DNA of 64,000 nucleotides, taken from NCBI GenBank assembly GCA_951406725.2, contig OX597814.1:108314001-108378000 (forward strand), in the 5' to 3' direction. Shown in pieces: positions 12,946-26,850 of this stretch. The notes under the pieces are model-generated. The model saw only the letters and a list, made by a program, of their open reading frames with translations, made no database searches and was not told where the DNA came from. A program made the position numbers and the translations under genes. This DNA is from Octopus vulgaris. Lineage: Eukaryota. The first letter of the stretch is position 1, and each line of letters starts with the position of its first letter.

Positions 12946-15900
12946 GTTGTTATTATTAGCGGTTGCGTTTTCCTGCTCATCCTGTTTGTCCTTGTCAGCA
13001 GCTGTTCCCTTCTGACTCCAGTCACTTTCCTCTTCACTGTCTTGAGATGCATCAACATCCATCTTTTCAGGTGCTGCAGATTCGGAAACACTGCCAGTCT
13101 TACTACTTTCTTTTTTTTTATCAACAGAACCATTTTTTGGGTAATCTAATTTAGTCTTATCAGCAGAGCTACTGCCAGCATTAATAACTTCCACATCATC
13201 ATCACTATCACTTATAGATATAGATTCGGATTTAGCCTCAAAGTTACTATCATTATCTAGAGAAATTTTACTGCGTTTCGCTGCTCTATCGGATTCTTCT
13301 GGTTTTCGTTTATGTGATCGAGCTGAACTATTGCTACCTACATCCCCAGAAACGCTGTTTTGCCCGGAATCAATGTTGCCAGATATTGAACAAGGAGAAG
13401 CACCACCAGATATATCCAGGTGTAATTTTTTCTCTTTCATTTCCGCGTTGATTTCTTCTGAATTGAGCCGCTTCAGTTTGATAGAACATTTTTTCAAATG
13501 TCTCTCTTCAACGTGCTTTATAAATTCTTGAATAAGGATCTGCTTCTTACACACACTGCAAGCTTTCACCGTTGGAATGCTTATCTGACATCTGTGGTTA
13601 CCAAGAGAACCCTCTGCTGGCAAAACCATGCCGCATTTTTTGCAAGCCTTATGTACGAGTAGACAATGTTGTGTCAATTCAGCATTGCTCGCAAACGGTA
13701 CCTTGCAAAACACACAGTAGTTGCCTTTTACCAACTGAGAGGCCGACGAGCCAGGGGTGGCAGTTCCGGTTTTGGTTGCCATAGCCATGGAATTACCACC
13801 TCCTTTCTCGTCAAGTTTCACCTTGGCATCCATTGAATTCGAGTTACTACGCTTCACTAAAATACCGTGGCTGGCAGCCATGTGGATCTCGGTTTCAGAT
13901 CGACTCTGGCAAACCTTTCCACAAACAATGCATCGCTTTTGGTTCAGGAAGTCCTGTAAGTTGAGCTGATGGGTGTCAGTCATATGATTAAGCAGATGAG
14001 AAACAAGACAACCACAAAGGATGCATACTTGAGAGAGAGAACCTTTAGCATAATGTTTCAAGGAAACCCTGTGTTTCTGGAGGCCTTGGCTAGTCCAGAA
14101 TTTCTTTTCACAAACATCACAGAAAAGAGGAGGGCATGGTTTCTCAAACATAAGTGCAGGCATCTCCACTCTATGGGCGTAGAAGAAGTGAATGCGTAGA
14201 GCTTCCCGATCTTTTACATAGCCGCCACACAGCTCACAGATTTCAAACTCACTAACATCGTTAATGGGCTGATTGTTGGAAGGTATTAATTTCTGGTTGG
14301 CTAAAGACTTGGCAGTAACTACATTATGGCCTTTGACTTGTTGATGCATGTTGAGTAAATCTTTCACAGGAAGTTGTGTCCGCATCAAGCTTAGGTTCTG
14401 ATGTCCTTTGTTTGGGTTGAGTAAAGATGTTCCACGGATATTATTTTGGGGCATGCCAGGAGAGAAGTGTTTCATTCCAAGATGGTTCACCATGGGCCGA
14501 ATTGGAGACTGTTGCTGGAATCGATTCGGTTGCATGTTCCCTCTTGCATTGAAATTTCTTATCTGGTTCCCTGGCACTTGTGGCTGACCTATTTTGGGAT
14601 GCACTAAAACAGGAATTCTTTGGTTTACATTCATATTTCCTTGATTCATTGGTTTCGACTGAATAGGAGAAATTTTATTAGCATTGAAGTAGCTGGCTCG
14701 ATTTGCAGCAGCCTGTTGCTGCTGCAACTTAAACTGAGCCTGCTGCGCTTTGATCTGATTCTGTTTAGCTTTATGCAAAGCAATAGCCTTTAGGGCTTCT
14801 TCTTTTTCGGAGAGGTAGAACACCCCATACAAGCTATAATTGATATCAGTTTCAGGGGACGGCGACAAGTGAGTTTTCATTTCAAAGTTCTTTTCACACT
14901 TCCACCTGTGCTGCGTTAGTTTACTCTTAGAGTTGTGTTCAAATGGGCAGAGACTACATTGCCAAAAGGCTGGCTTTTCCATACTTCGTCCTTTGATGTT
15001 GTGCTCGGCTTCCATATGAAAATTGAAAGCCAGGTTGTTTCTGGTCAGGAAATCACAATAGGAACAACAAAAGTCTTCTCGTTTGTTAACATGTGGATGT
15101 TCACGATGCCAAAAGTGGACATTGACCGACTCACTAACAAAATTGCATAATTTGCACTTCCTGTAGCTGAGCTTAAGATGTTTCAGTTTTTCAGCAAGCT
15201 CCCTGCAGGATGTCCGCATCTTGTCCAGTTGAGAACACTCAACATCTGTTAGTTTGCCAGACTGCTGCTTCCGAGACTGAATATGGATGGCTTCTTGATA
15301 AACAGATTGTTTAACAATGTCAAGCCCCAAGTTGTTCAGAAAGTTGGCTAGCGGACCTAGTTTTTCATCAGCCTTCATCAATAGCTCTGCCTTGGCTTTT
15401 GCTTTCAAGATGCGTTGAGCCTTGGTTGACATAGAATGTAGAAGCGTTTCTCTCTTGATAGCCTCAATCTGTTCAACACTGGAATTTGGCAAAGTATCTT
15501 TAGAATCATCGTTATCGTTGATGTTGAAATTAGAAAAATTAGGTGATGAGCAGAAAGGAGACGTACCTCCTTTTGAAGAATTCATACTGGATTGAGAACT
15601 GTTTAGTGGAGACATCGAAGGTATATGAGGTTTGGGAATTTTAGCCCCAGATAGCGGAGCATAGTTGTTCTGTTGGTTAGCCAGGTTGAAAGACGGCAGC
15701 TCAGGTGGCTGGTGAACCTTACTATGATTGTTGTTAGCACTGAAAGGCCCAGATCGCAGCTGGTTATTGCTGTTTGAAGTGAGAAGAGAATTTGATTGAC
15801 AATTTGAAGACTGCAAATGAAGACGAGATCTTTCACAAGGATTTAGATCATTAACTTTCCTTTGATTCTCTTTAGCAACCGATTCAAGGCCGTTGTTTGC

Positions 15901-16368
15901 CGAGTTGATCTTCGCTGCAGTATTTAAAACTTCTACTTCGTCGTCGTCGTCAGTGTTCTTATTACTGTTCTCGTTGCTGTCAGTTAATTTAATGACAACT
16001 TTTAGAGGGTCAGTTTCCCCTTTAGAAGGACTATCAGATTTCTTTTCTGCTTTCTCCAACTTCTCACTAGAAGTAATTATAACGTCAGATTCGTCTTCTA
16101 CAGTAATCTTATCTACTGGACTTTTGATTTTGCTTAGCTGATTTTCTTTGCTTTCTTCGTTATCAATTTTATCTTCGTTTAAAGGGACATTCTGTTGTTG
16201 TTCTCCCTTAGACTTATTTCTCAAGAAATCAGATTTTTCACCAGGAACTAAATTCTTTCCAACACCGTTCTTCACAGAAGTTTCTAGGTCAGATATGCTG
16301 TCGGCACTTTCTTGGCTGCAATTATTTTTCATTTCTCCAACATCCAGGCTAGTGTTGCAACTTTCCAT
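12799..16368 (-). CDS. mep-1: MEP-1-like (MOG-interacting and ectopic P-granules) multi-C2H2 zinc-finger protein, a Mi-2/NuRD-MEC partner; 1189 aa in a single coding exon
   Basis: Long intact ORF with a zinc-finger cluster (CKLC, CSYC..HMEAEH, CSLCPFEHNSKSKLTQH), a Q/N-rich linker and FEICELCGGYVKDREALRIHFFYAH followed by more fingers. This matches the recalled Drosophila/C. elegans MEP-1 architecture. Confidence 0.85.
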
Positions 16369-17331
16369 CCCAAATCAATATAGAAGAAGAAAGTTGTGGC
16401 AAATTAACATGGTTCACAAGACAATCCAAGAAAAGAATGGCAGCAAGTTGGCAGCAAGTACACTTTCCTCACTGGAACAAAAAAAGAGAAAAAATGTCAC
16501 AAAGTGTTTAACACAGTCAAGCCCCTAACCCCAATAAATAATTCATAAAAAAAATTAAAATCCTAAGAACAAGGAATAAGAAATGTCAAACAACTTTCAA
16601 GTCAACAAACTTATTTTGTTCAGCATTATGAAAAATTTGCATTTTGGCTAAAAAAAAAAGGTTAATCCCTTTCTGAGCATATTTCTGTTAAAATATATTC
16701 TTTGTTATTATTAATCTGGTGTTTGGAGCACAAACATAAAATTTTTAGCACTTTAACCCTTTTTGTTAGCATATATTTCTGCTGAAAAGGGTTAAAGTGC
16801 TAAAAATTGTTTCAGATAGAATTTAGTAAAATAACTTTGTCATTACCAAATTTTGGTGGAAAATTCTAATTCAGACCACAAGTAAATAAAAAAAAAAAAC
16901 TGTGCTGGTGCCACGTAAAAAGCACCCAGTACACTGTGCATCCAGCCGTAGAAACCATGCCAAAGCAGACACTAGAACCTGGTGTATTCCCAGGCTTTGG
17001 CAGCTCCTTGTCAAACCGTCCAACCCATGCCAACAAGGAAAAACGGACGTTAAAAAATTACCAGGAATTTTGTATTCATAAAACTAAGGGTGGTCTGAGG
17101 CAGATTGGTATCAAGAGTTAAAAATGTCAACTCGGATGTTTTAAATTCCAGAATTTTTGGTGTAGTGTTGGAAGGACCAGTTTCTTAAAACAAAATATTA
17201 GTAAAAATCTAATCTATTGAAACGAGGGAGGACAGGTGTATAAGATAGAAGTTTCGTTAGAAAGTGCAGTAAACAATGGCTTCAGTAGATTTTTAAATCC
17301 AAACAAATGACTTGGGATAATCCAGTGTCAT

Positions 17332-17363
<32 letters not shown>

Positions 17364-17459
17364 GGGAGAATTTACCAAAAAGAAAAAAACAAAAGACGAA
17401 GACAGGTGGTGTACAAAACAAACAGATGTATTAGTATAACGCACAGGAATAGAAAAAGT

Positions 17460-17495
17460 CTTTTACGTTTCGAGCCTAAGCTCTTCTACAGAAAG
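17460..17495 (-). ncRNA. Minimal type-I hammerhead ribozyme (A6U core variant) in a short Penelope-like tail element (about 17361-17555)
   Basis: Minus strand: cttt CTGTAGA a GAGC ttag GCTC GAAA cg TA aaag. Confidence 0.6.
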
Positions 17496-18621
17496 GAACA
17501 TAGAAAAAACAAGGAGAGAAAAAAATGTGTATAATGGCTAACGATCTATCATGGCATATATTATATATATATATAAACACACACATACATATACACAATA
17601 TACTAATTACTGCTATTATCAGTAATAACATGTACATACTGATGTAGTTTTTTGGTTTCACACCCTAAGACAACGTCGGCCATGTTTGCGACGAAGGGAA
17701 ACAACTCGTAACATGGTAACAACAAAGTTATTGAAATGAATTCTTAATAAATACTCTATTTTTACAATTAATTAATTAATTAATTACCCATCATTAAACT
17801 TCACGACCATTTTCACTTGTAATCTATTCAAAGGTAGGATTCGTTGTACAATGGCCAACAGTACTTTAACCCACCCGTGCCATTGCTCAATATACCACAA
17901 TTATTTAACATATATAACTACATTATATTACAAAATATAACACTAAATTAAACAAATTGAATAGTTACAAAAAGAACTTTATAAAATCAGCTGAAAATAA
18001 AATTCTTAAATACACACAAAAATCTCACACAGTTATTTAAATATACAGAAATGAATTGAAATATAAAATGCAAATGGCATAATTATTCACGAAGTCATAC
18101 ATGCATCTTGAGCAAGAGTCTTCTAATTATAGCTTCTGTAGCTTCGAGCTGATCGAGTGGATTTGGTAGACGTTAACTGAAAGAAGCCTAGCTCCTGTCA
18201 AAACCGTCCAATCCACACCAGCATGAAAAACGGACGTTAAATTATGATGGTGTCTCACCCCTACCTGACAACCGGTGCTGATGTGTTTACATCCCTCTAC
18301 ACTGATAGAATAAAAAAAATCTATTACTCGAGTCGATTCATTGACTAAAAATTCGAGGCTGTACTCCAGCATGGCCGTAGTCTAATGAGTGAAACATCTG
18401 TTAATTACTTGTAGGGATTCGACAGTAAACCCTAAAATCAACTCGCTTAAGCTGATAAATACAAGGAACCTGTGAGAATACAATGAGTGTGTTATTAAAT
18501 AAGAATTAAAGAGATTTTACTAGAAATGTTTTGAGTTGTGACTCAATTAAAATTTCCTTTATCATCAAATTGAATGAGAGATGCCAAAAGTGAGGCTGAT
18601 TCAAACTTGAGCTCCATTTAA

Positions 18622-18842
18622 CCCTTTAGCATTTAAACCGGCCATATCCGGCCAAAAATATTCTACCTATTTTATGTTCAAACTGGCCAGATCTGGTCTC
18701 TCACACCAACCCTACAATATTGTTTTAAAAATTAACAGCTACCTCATCAAAATCTCATGGCTACAAGATGATGAATGATTAGTTCAAAACAATGTGGATG
18801 AAGAAGCATTAATTTTGGCAGAATAATGTGAACACTAAAGGG
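18622..18842. mobile_element. piggyBac-like MITE
   Basis: ttaa|ccctttag...ctaaaggg|ttaa. Confidence 0.8.
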
Positions 18843-20008
18843 TTAAGTAAAGCTTCTAAAGAAGACACTTTCAAAAACCTGAAGAAGTGAATTAAACCAA
18901 AGCCAGAAATTTTAACAACATGCCTATGATTTAAAAAGAAAATGAACCACAAGAAAAGTGAAGCAACTTTAAAAAAGCTAGAGGCAGTCAACCTTAACAT
19001 AAGATGCAAAGATAAACGTAACTGTAGTTTTAATAATGTTTAACAATTTTAAACCTCAAGATTGGGATTCATTTTAACAGCTTCTTAACAGTTTTAGATT
19101 TAGAGTGTAGAAACTACAATCTACTTTATAGTCAAGAGCAAAAGATATACAAATTTCAAATTAACCAAGCAGCTAGATTTAAGCTAATTCTCTACCAAAC
19201 TATTACATGGAAAAAGATGGGTCTATTATTGATGTAGGGCTCAGAGATTCCATATATTTTGGCTTTGGATTCAATGATGATGGTTTTTACAAAGATGATA
19301 GACAAAACAAATGCCATGTAACTTAGAATGTCTTGTAGTTTACTTATTCTAATATATGCAATGAGATTAAGTAAGCTGATTTAATAAAAAGTCAGTGTTG
19401 ATCAAGTCTCAATTACTTTGAACAGTCCTGGTTAAATAATTCAGGCAAAATTGAGCTTCATTATCTTAGAGCAACAGAACATTTGGTCCTCTTAGTTTTT
19501 ACATTCCTTCAGAAAGGGAGTTTTATCAAATTAAAACTGGATGCTTTTCCTACAGTTAAACCACCCCCAAAACTCCACCATGGGGCCCCAATTAAATGAC
19601 TGAAGTACAACTGGGGTCAACAGTCTTCTAGCAGAGCCAATGAGCTTCTCTGCAACAGGGAAATACTTCCACCACCAAGCAATGGAATGAAATGAAAAAC
19701 CTTCACAAAATCCATCAATAACAACAGGTTTTTAAATTATAATTTGGCAAAGAAGGAAATGTCCATGAAGATCAACATCATCCAGATTACAAGCTTTGAT
19801 ATGTACAAAGTCTGTTTGTCACCAGATGACAGGATTTCAAATGGTACCCCAATGTGTAGAGAGTGTGAAGAATCTTCAACATTTTCTCTGAAGTTAAGAC
19901 TTAGAACACATAAGAGCCATGATTTAAATTAAAGCAACAGAGCAAACTGGTGGAATATTATTAATTGAATCTTCCTTAACTTTCTTTTGGTAAAAAGATT
20001 CGGTAAAG

Positions 20009-20227
20009 CAGTGGTTCTAAACCATGTTTTTTTTATCCAGACCCATCTGATTCCTACTTTACTTGGGTGGACACTCATACCCAGTCAATTTTTTAAAAAA
20101 TCCTATTGTATTTTTGACTGGGAATTGTATAAAAAGACAATTGTTAAAATATTTTGAGCATTACACAAATTTTTAACAACAAAATATAATATGAACCACA
20201 CGGGTTAAAAGGACCCGAGAACCACTG
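20009..20227. mobile_element. Old hAT (Charlie-like) MITE
   Basis: TIRs cagtggttct / agaaccactg; TSD is degenerate. Confidence 0.65.
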
Positions 20228-21385
20228 ATGTAAGGAATTTTTAAGGAAATATTTTCAGTAAATAATAATAAATTCTTATTGGTAATTAGATCCAATCTAA
20301 AGAATCTTAATGGTTACTTGTGATGATAGAGAACCCACCTGTAAAGAGTAAGGTGTTGGTTCCACTAACCATTATACACCTTTTCAGTGGAGTCTTTAGT
20401 TTCTGATTACCATCTGACATTCTTAATCTAATCAATCCAATGCATGTTTTATACAGGATTGATTTGTTATTGATCTCATCACAAATATTTGCAACTGGAA
20501 ACATCAACTGCTTAAACAGTTATCATCAATAATAATGGAAGAGGCAATTATTTACAAGGAAGACACAGACAACATATCTAATCCACACCTTTCCCAACCT
20601 ACACCTGAAATTAAATACTATTATACACGAATACCTTCGATATAAAATTATTTTGGACGGCACTATCGAAAAAAAATATATATATAGTATCTGATATGGT
20701 TTTCAAATAATTTGGGACATAATGAAATAATGTCTATTTCCTTGCTTCTGAGGAAAGAGTTGATGGTTTAATTCTTCAACACAAGTGTATGGCAATGTTG
20801 AAGTGACCGGCGTGACTACAATTATGAAGAAAAAGGGAGAACATTAGTTATTATAATAATAATACAAACACACAAGGCTTTAAATATAAATATAGAACTT
20901 GGAGAAAACTAATAACATAAATTATTTTAATTAGTTTAATGATTATTGAGCTGATCTTTAAACACTGACCTAAGATTCAACTGAAAGTTTTTGAAACCTA
21001 TTTTAAGTAAAGCTTAGATTTCTAAATCTCACAAAAGTGAACAAGAAATATTTTAATTCCTACTTCAAACATTTTTGGATGTTTCGGGGGGAAAATACAT
21101 CATTTTAACTTCTGTTTTAGAAAAAAAAAACTTTATTCATTTGGAAGATAACTTACAGACAGAATACAATTTTAAAATGGCATGTTTAAATTTGCTTTTC
21201 AATAAACTTAAGTTTGTATTTAAGCAAAATAATCTGGAGGAGAAAAAAACATTTCAGTAACACGGAAATAGGAACCTAAATTCCAACACAGTTCTTATAA
21301 TTGAGATGTTATTAAATTCACCATGACTTATATAATACAACATTAAACGGTATATCTATTTAGATACATATGTAGGATATAGATT

Positions 21386-21438
<53 letters not shown>

Positions 21439-23625
21439 AGGCGCCAGAAGTGGGTAACGATCGTAGAAGTCTGGGTAGAATTTTTAAAAATGGGAGGGAA
21501 AGTCAATAGGAAGAGAAAAAGAGAGGTGGTTGATGATAATAATCCGATCAGGTACTTGGTGATTAGACATGATATCGAACATGGAAACAATAATCACACA
21601 TACAACAACAACAAAGATAAACTAGAAAATAATAATTAATGATAAATAGATATATATATAAATAACGGTAAACTAACCAATATTGGACGTTCGATTTGTA
21701 TGGATGTTTTACGGAGGAGTTAGAGAAGGAAGAAGGAAGGAATTTGAAGGCGAAACCCCATGCGTTTGCACAAAGGGAAAATAAGGAGTTTTATGGCGGG
21801 GAGGAGGAAAGAAGGGAAGAAAAAAAAGAACAGGAAGCAACAGAAGGAAAGAAGAGCAAAGAAAAAAAGAATAGGAGATATTTTAGAGCTACAATAGAGA
21901 AATTATTTTAGTATTTTTTCCCGCAATTTAACAAACCGGCTCACAACACATTCAATGATGATGGTGGTGGAGGAAGAGGAACAAGAAGAAGAAGAAGAAG
22001 GCAAGGTGCTCTCTGTCTCTCTTTCTGTCTCTTATTTTTTCCACGCGCTGAAGCTGTCTAGAAGAGATTGAATGAAGAAGAGAAGACTAGAGCTAAAGGG
22101 AGACAGCAAAGGGAGACAGACGGAAGGAGACAGCCAAGCTTAACGTTAGAAGGGGAGGAGTGGTGTACCAAGTAGACAGTGTCTGTCTGTGTGTCGCAGC
22201 AGTTAACCAACACACAGACACACACACGTACACACACTACCTCACCAAACACATACGTATACAAATATAATCACACACACACTCACAGATATGAATAGAT
22301 AATTACATATATAAACATACACACACTATATATACATACACATTACTACTACTAGGACACAGAACACAGAACAATGTCGAAATGTAATTTTCCTTACGAA
22401 GTCTACTTAATATAATAAAAAATACACCGTTTCTACTGATAGATTCTATACTTTTTCACTTGTTTCGGTCATTTCATGGCATTACCATTAATTTTCAGAG
22501 AAATTGTAAGAATTCTGTAAATTATGTTAATCGTTATAACTACGAAAACGTTGAGGGAGTTTGGAGAGAAAAAATAGAAACGATATCGTCTTGATGGAAG
22601 CCAAACAAAAACCACGACTGGTTTCACTTATTAATAACAGAGTAAATGACCTACAACACTTAGTTACTCTATTCTTTGCTTCAATCATTCAAATGTATTT
22701 CCAGTGACTGTCTTCTCTATCAGAAAGTCTTAATGGTGTTGTGTTCATGCCTTTCTAAGACAAAAACGAATTCCGACAAAAAAATCGGAAGAGAAAACGA
22801 AAGAGATCTGAGAGAAAAAAAAAAAAAGAAAAAAAGAGAGGCTAAAATAAAATGGTAAAGCTTAATTAAAGGTGGTTAGCGGTCGATTAAACACTAAAAT
22901 AATAACGAAGTGGTTTGTATGGAGCTTGCAAGAGATCGTTCTCTCCATGTTGCAGCCATTAATGACCTCCTCCACTCAATCGAGGATCAACAGTTCTGCA
23001 ACAGTAATTCACACTTTCACTGTCTCACATCACTCTAGTTTCTTCTTTATATCTTCCTGAAAAACATGCTGCAAATCTTTCTATGTTAAGTATTTTAGAT
23101 TACACTAACTTGTTTTTGAAAATACATTTAATATTATAATCTTAACTATTATATTTTCTTAATGTTATCACAAGAAAATGCCTGGGATATCTCAAAATAA
23201 ATTCGTTCCGTAAAACAATATTTATTATTGTAGTGGCTTCGATTGTTTAATAATGAATAGTTGATAAAATGTTACGGACGAGGGGTTGAGAGTAAGAGGT
23301 GTAAGACTACAACCGGTAATAAAAATAAGACATGTCATAAGCGTAATGATATCGTAAACAAGACGAAGATAGGAGGAAGAAATAATACAATGAAGCCGGT
23401 CACAGACTTTAAATAGAAATGGTTGTTGTTTTTTTTTTAAAAAAAAAAAGGAACACATTTGAAGTAAAAGTGAATGAAGAGCAGCAGCACACCTGATTCG
23501 GTTATTTATAGCTAGATTGGTACCAGTAAGATCAGTGTGTACTATTTTACTACCAACTATACATACTACATCTGTTCCGATATTGGGGGAATAACTACTG
23601 TGGCTGTAACATACACACATATATA

Positions 23626-23895
23626 GTTGAACAGGTAACTAAACACACACAAGAGAAACTGAATAGGCAACTACACACACACTGACTGAACAGACGACTA
23701 CATATACACTTAGCCTAAACAAGCAACCACACATACACACGCGGAGTGAACAGTCAAGTACATACACAGGTTGAATAGGCAACTATACATACACATATAT
23801 ACGCACAAAGAGTGAACAGTCAAGTACATCATACACACACACAGGTTGAAGAGGCAACCACACACAGCACAAGCAGTCATCTACATACACACACA
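23626..23895. repeat. Degenerate minisatellite, about 9 units of TGAAYAGKCAACTAC(AY)n
   Basis: Recurrent tgaacaggtaact / tgaataggcaact / tgaacagtcaagt cores separated by variable CA/TA runs. Confidence 0.7.
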
Positions 23896-24410
23896 CCAGC
23901 GAACACACGAACACAATATATATACATCCGTGCCGCGCACGCACAGCACAATGAAATTCCTAGCAGTGTATATATTATACACACTCTATATACGCAGTAA
24001 CTGGCTGTAGAGAAAATGGTAGTAGTAGTAGTAATCGTAATGGTGGTGGTGTTATACTGCTGTAGAGATAGAGGGGAAACATGGGCAGACGATAGAAATA
24101 AACAGTTATTGTTTCATTGTTGATTGAAATGATGTTAATAAGGACAAAAATAAACAGGTCAGATAGAACTACCGGTAGAAGCAACAAAACATATATGTGT
24201 GTATATATATATATATAATCTCCATGGGCGATACATATAACGTATAGATTGGTGATGATGATGATAGCAATGATGGCGGCTATGATGAAGCATAAAAGAC
24301 AGAAAGCAAAAATTACTCTCCTTGTTTTATATATAATATTAGGTGATCGGCGAAACTCTGACTAGAGCCAAAGAGTAATCTCAACAATTTACACTCCCTG
24401 CTTCTACAGA

Positions 24411-24464
<54 letters not shown>

Positions 24465-25347
24465 TTACTGAATGGCTTCTGAAGGGGATCTTATTAAAGA
24501 AATCCCCGGTTGAAATGAAACGGAAGTGTATTATTTTATTCAGTCTTAATTTTGTGAACTGTGAAATGTTTGTATAGATATATTTCGTCGACACTATGCC
24601 AGTGACAAAGCGAAGAAGGAAGAAACCGGCGAGTTTCCCCATAATAATTATTATAAATGAGAGAACATATGTGTGTAAATGGTGTGTGTCCTCTCAACTC
24701 AGCTGAAAGCACATTGAATATATGAAGACAGAGGGAGAGAGAGAGAAATGTGTTGTGACTGTGGAGTGGAAATACCTCAATAAATAACGATATTTAAAAT
24801 CTAAAATAAAACCAGCAGAATGAAATGTGGATGAGATGAGAGAAGGAGAATATCCCTCCTTTTAAATAAAACATGTGTGCCGGTGGCTTTGATCAATTAG
24901 AAGAGGTGGAGGTACTATTTATTGTAACAGGAAAAAAGATGAAGGAGGCGGTGGTGCTTACGATGTCTTGCTCTTTCCTGTTAATATTTTATGCATGTAA
25001 TAGACTTCAGAGTGGATATGATAGGAAGAGAAAAATACGAAGAGACATGACAATGAATGAAAGATTGATCAGAGAAACGTAAGTGATATTATAGGGTAAA
25101 TATGAGGGAAAGAGAGACGAATGAGGGAGACTACATAATGAATGAGTGAGGCTAGATAGTGATTGAGAGAGACTACATAAGGGACACTATATAGTGATTG
25201 AGGTAGACTACGTAGTGTGAGAGAGAGAGAGACAAGTAAAAGAGAGAAAGACTAGATAGACTGAAGGAAGGAATAAGATATTGAATGAGAGATAATAGAG
25301 ATAGATTAAAATGAACAGACATACTACACAATGAATGTGTGTGTATG

Positions 25348-25399
<52 letters not shown>

Positions 25400-26447
25400 G
25401 ATAGATAGATAGATAGATATATACATATATATGGAGAAAGAGTGATATATTTGTACACAGAAACAATGGAGATCACAGGATATATATATATCCATGTGTA
25501 TATATATATGTGTGTGTGTGTATGAATGGATGTGTGCGTGTGTGTGTAGAGGAAAGAGAGGCTACACAGTAACTAGAGACGAACAGACAGACATTGAGTG
25601 AGGTTGTTTTTTTTTTGTTTCTATCAACTTCGGGGGGAAAAAAAATCACAATTTTTAGATTTAATTAGATTTATGAATTATCTAACAAACAATATAAGAA
25701 GTCGAAGAATAAATATCAATAAAAATAACCAATGAACAAATTAAAAGAACGAGAGAAAAAAGGACAAACTAAAACTATATATACACACACGAGTGTATAT
25801 ATGTGTATACGAGTGTATGCGTATTTACGTATATGTGTGCATATATTTATGTATATATGCATGTATAAAAATGTGTATATATACATATATCTATATATAC
25901 ACACACACACATATATATATAGATGTATATGTGTGTATATATATGCGAGTGTATATACGGGCTGGGGAAATATACACACAACGCTATCAGCCCCCCCCCC
26001 ACCATTCTGGCCGATAAAACTCAAATATTAAAGGCAATCAAAAATTATTTCTTTTGGCGCTGAAAAATCTCACTTATTGTCTTTAAATACATATTAACCT
26101 GTTCCGTGTGTATACACATGTATATATATATATATACATACATCTACCGTATATATAAATGTATGGATGTCGAAATCATACGAGATCATGCTTTCTTTCA
26201 GCCACTGCCTTTATCTCTCTCTCTCACACACACGATATAAACATATATATACTGAGATACATATATACATACATGTATATATATGTATGTATATATATAT
26301 ATAATGTCCCCCTCTCACAGCAGTTAGGCTTAACAAACGAACAAGTGAACGAGCGAGCGGTTTTAATATCGGATCTTTTTCACTTCACCGGTCTCTTAAC
26401 AATTTTTACTAAAATACATCAGGATGATCCCGTATTAGGGTCCTTAC

Positions 26448-26850
26448 CTGGGCGAGAACCCGCTGATGTTGTCCTTGCCTGTGTGTCTTAATAATCCGTC
26501 GAGTGGCGGGCTGGGGTCGATGGCGATACTAAAAGCCTCTCTCTCTCTCTCTCTAAACACACTTTTTACTCCACCTCAGCCGTGGCCGATAACTCTCTGA
26601 TACTCACTCTCACTCTCACTCCCCCTCTCTATATATACACACATTTCCCTCTTTCACTCTCTATCCCTCTCTCTCTCTCTTTCTCTCTGTCTCTGACACA
26701 CACACATACACACACAAAGGCGCTTCCTGTCTTCAAGATGGCGGAGACCGGATCACGTGATATTTCGGCAATTGACGTAATATTTTCCAACCTTCCTGCA
26801 TAATAATTAGGTCGGTGATCATCGACCAATAGGAAGGCGAGTATGCAAAT
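26448..26850 (-). promoter_or_regulatory. Probable exon 1 and CpG-enriched core promoter of the mep-1-like gene
   Basis: Within about 130 bp upstream of the splice donor region: ETS-like cttcctg 26723-29, YY1 aagatggcgg 26735-44, E-box tcacgtga 26753-60, CRE-like tgacgtaa 26773-80, CCAAT 26826-30, octamer atgcaaat 26843-50. Confidence 0.65.

Larger units (their letters stand above)
16472..26447 (-). other. Predicted ~10-kb 5'-UTR intron of the mep-1-like gene
   Basis: Minus-strand donor CAG|GTAAGG at 26448/26447. Acceptor tttttctctttttttgttccag| at 16472/16471, 103 nt upstream of the ATG. Additional internal UTR exons cannot be excluded. Confidence 0.6.

Noticed and set aside
26738-26803. 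Plus-strand ATG in a strong context (aagATGgcgg) giving MAETGSRD...
   Set aside because: Only 21 codons with no splice donor; better explained as a YY1 promoter motif
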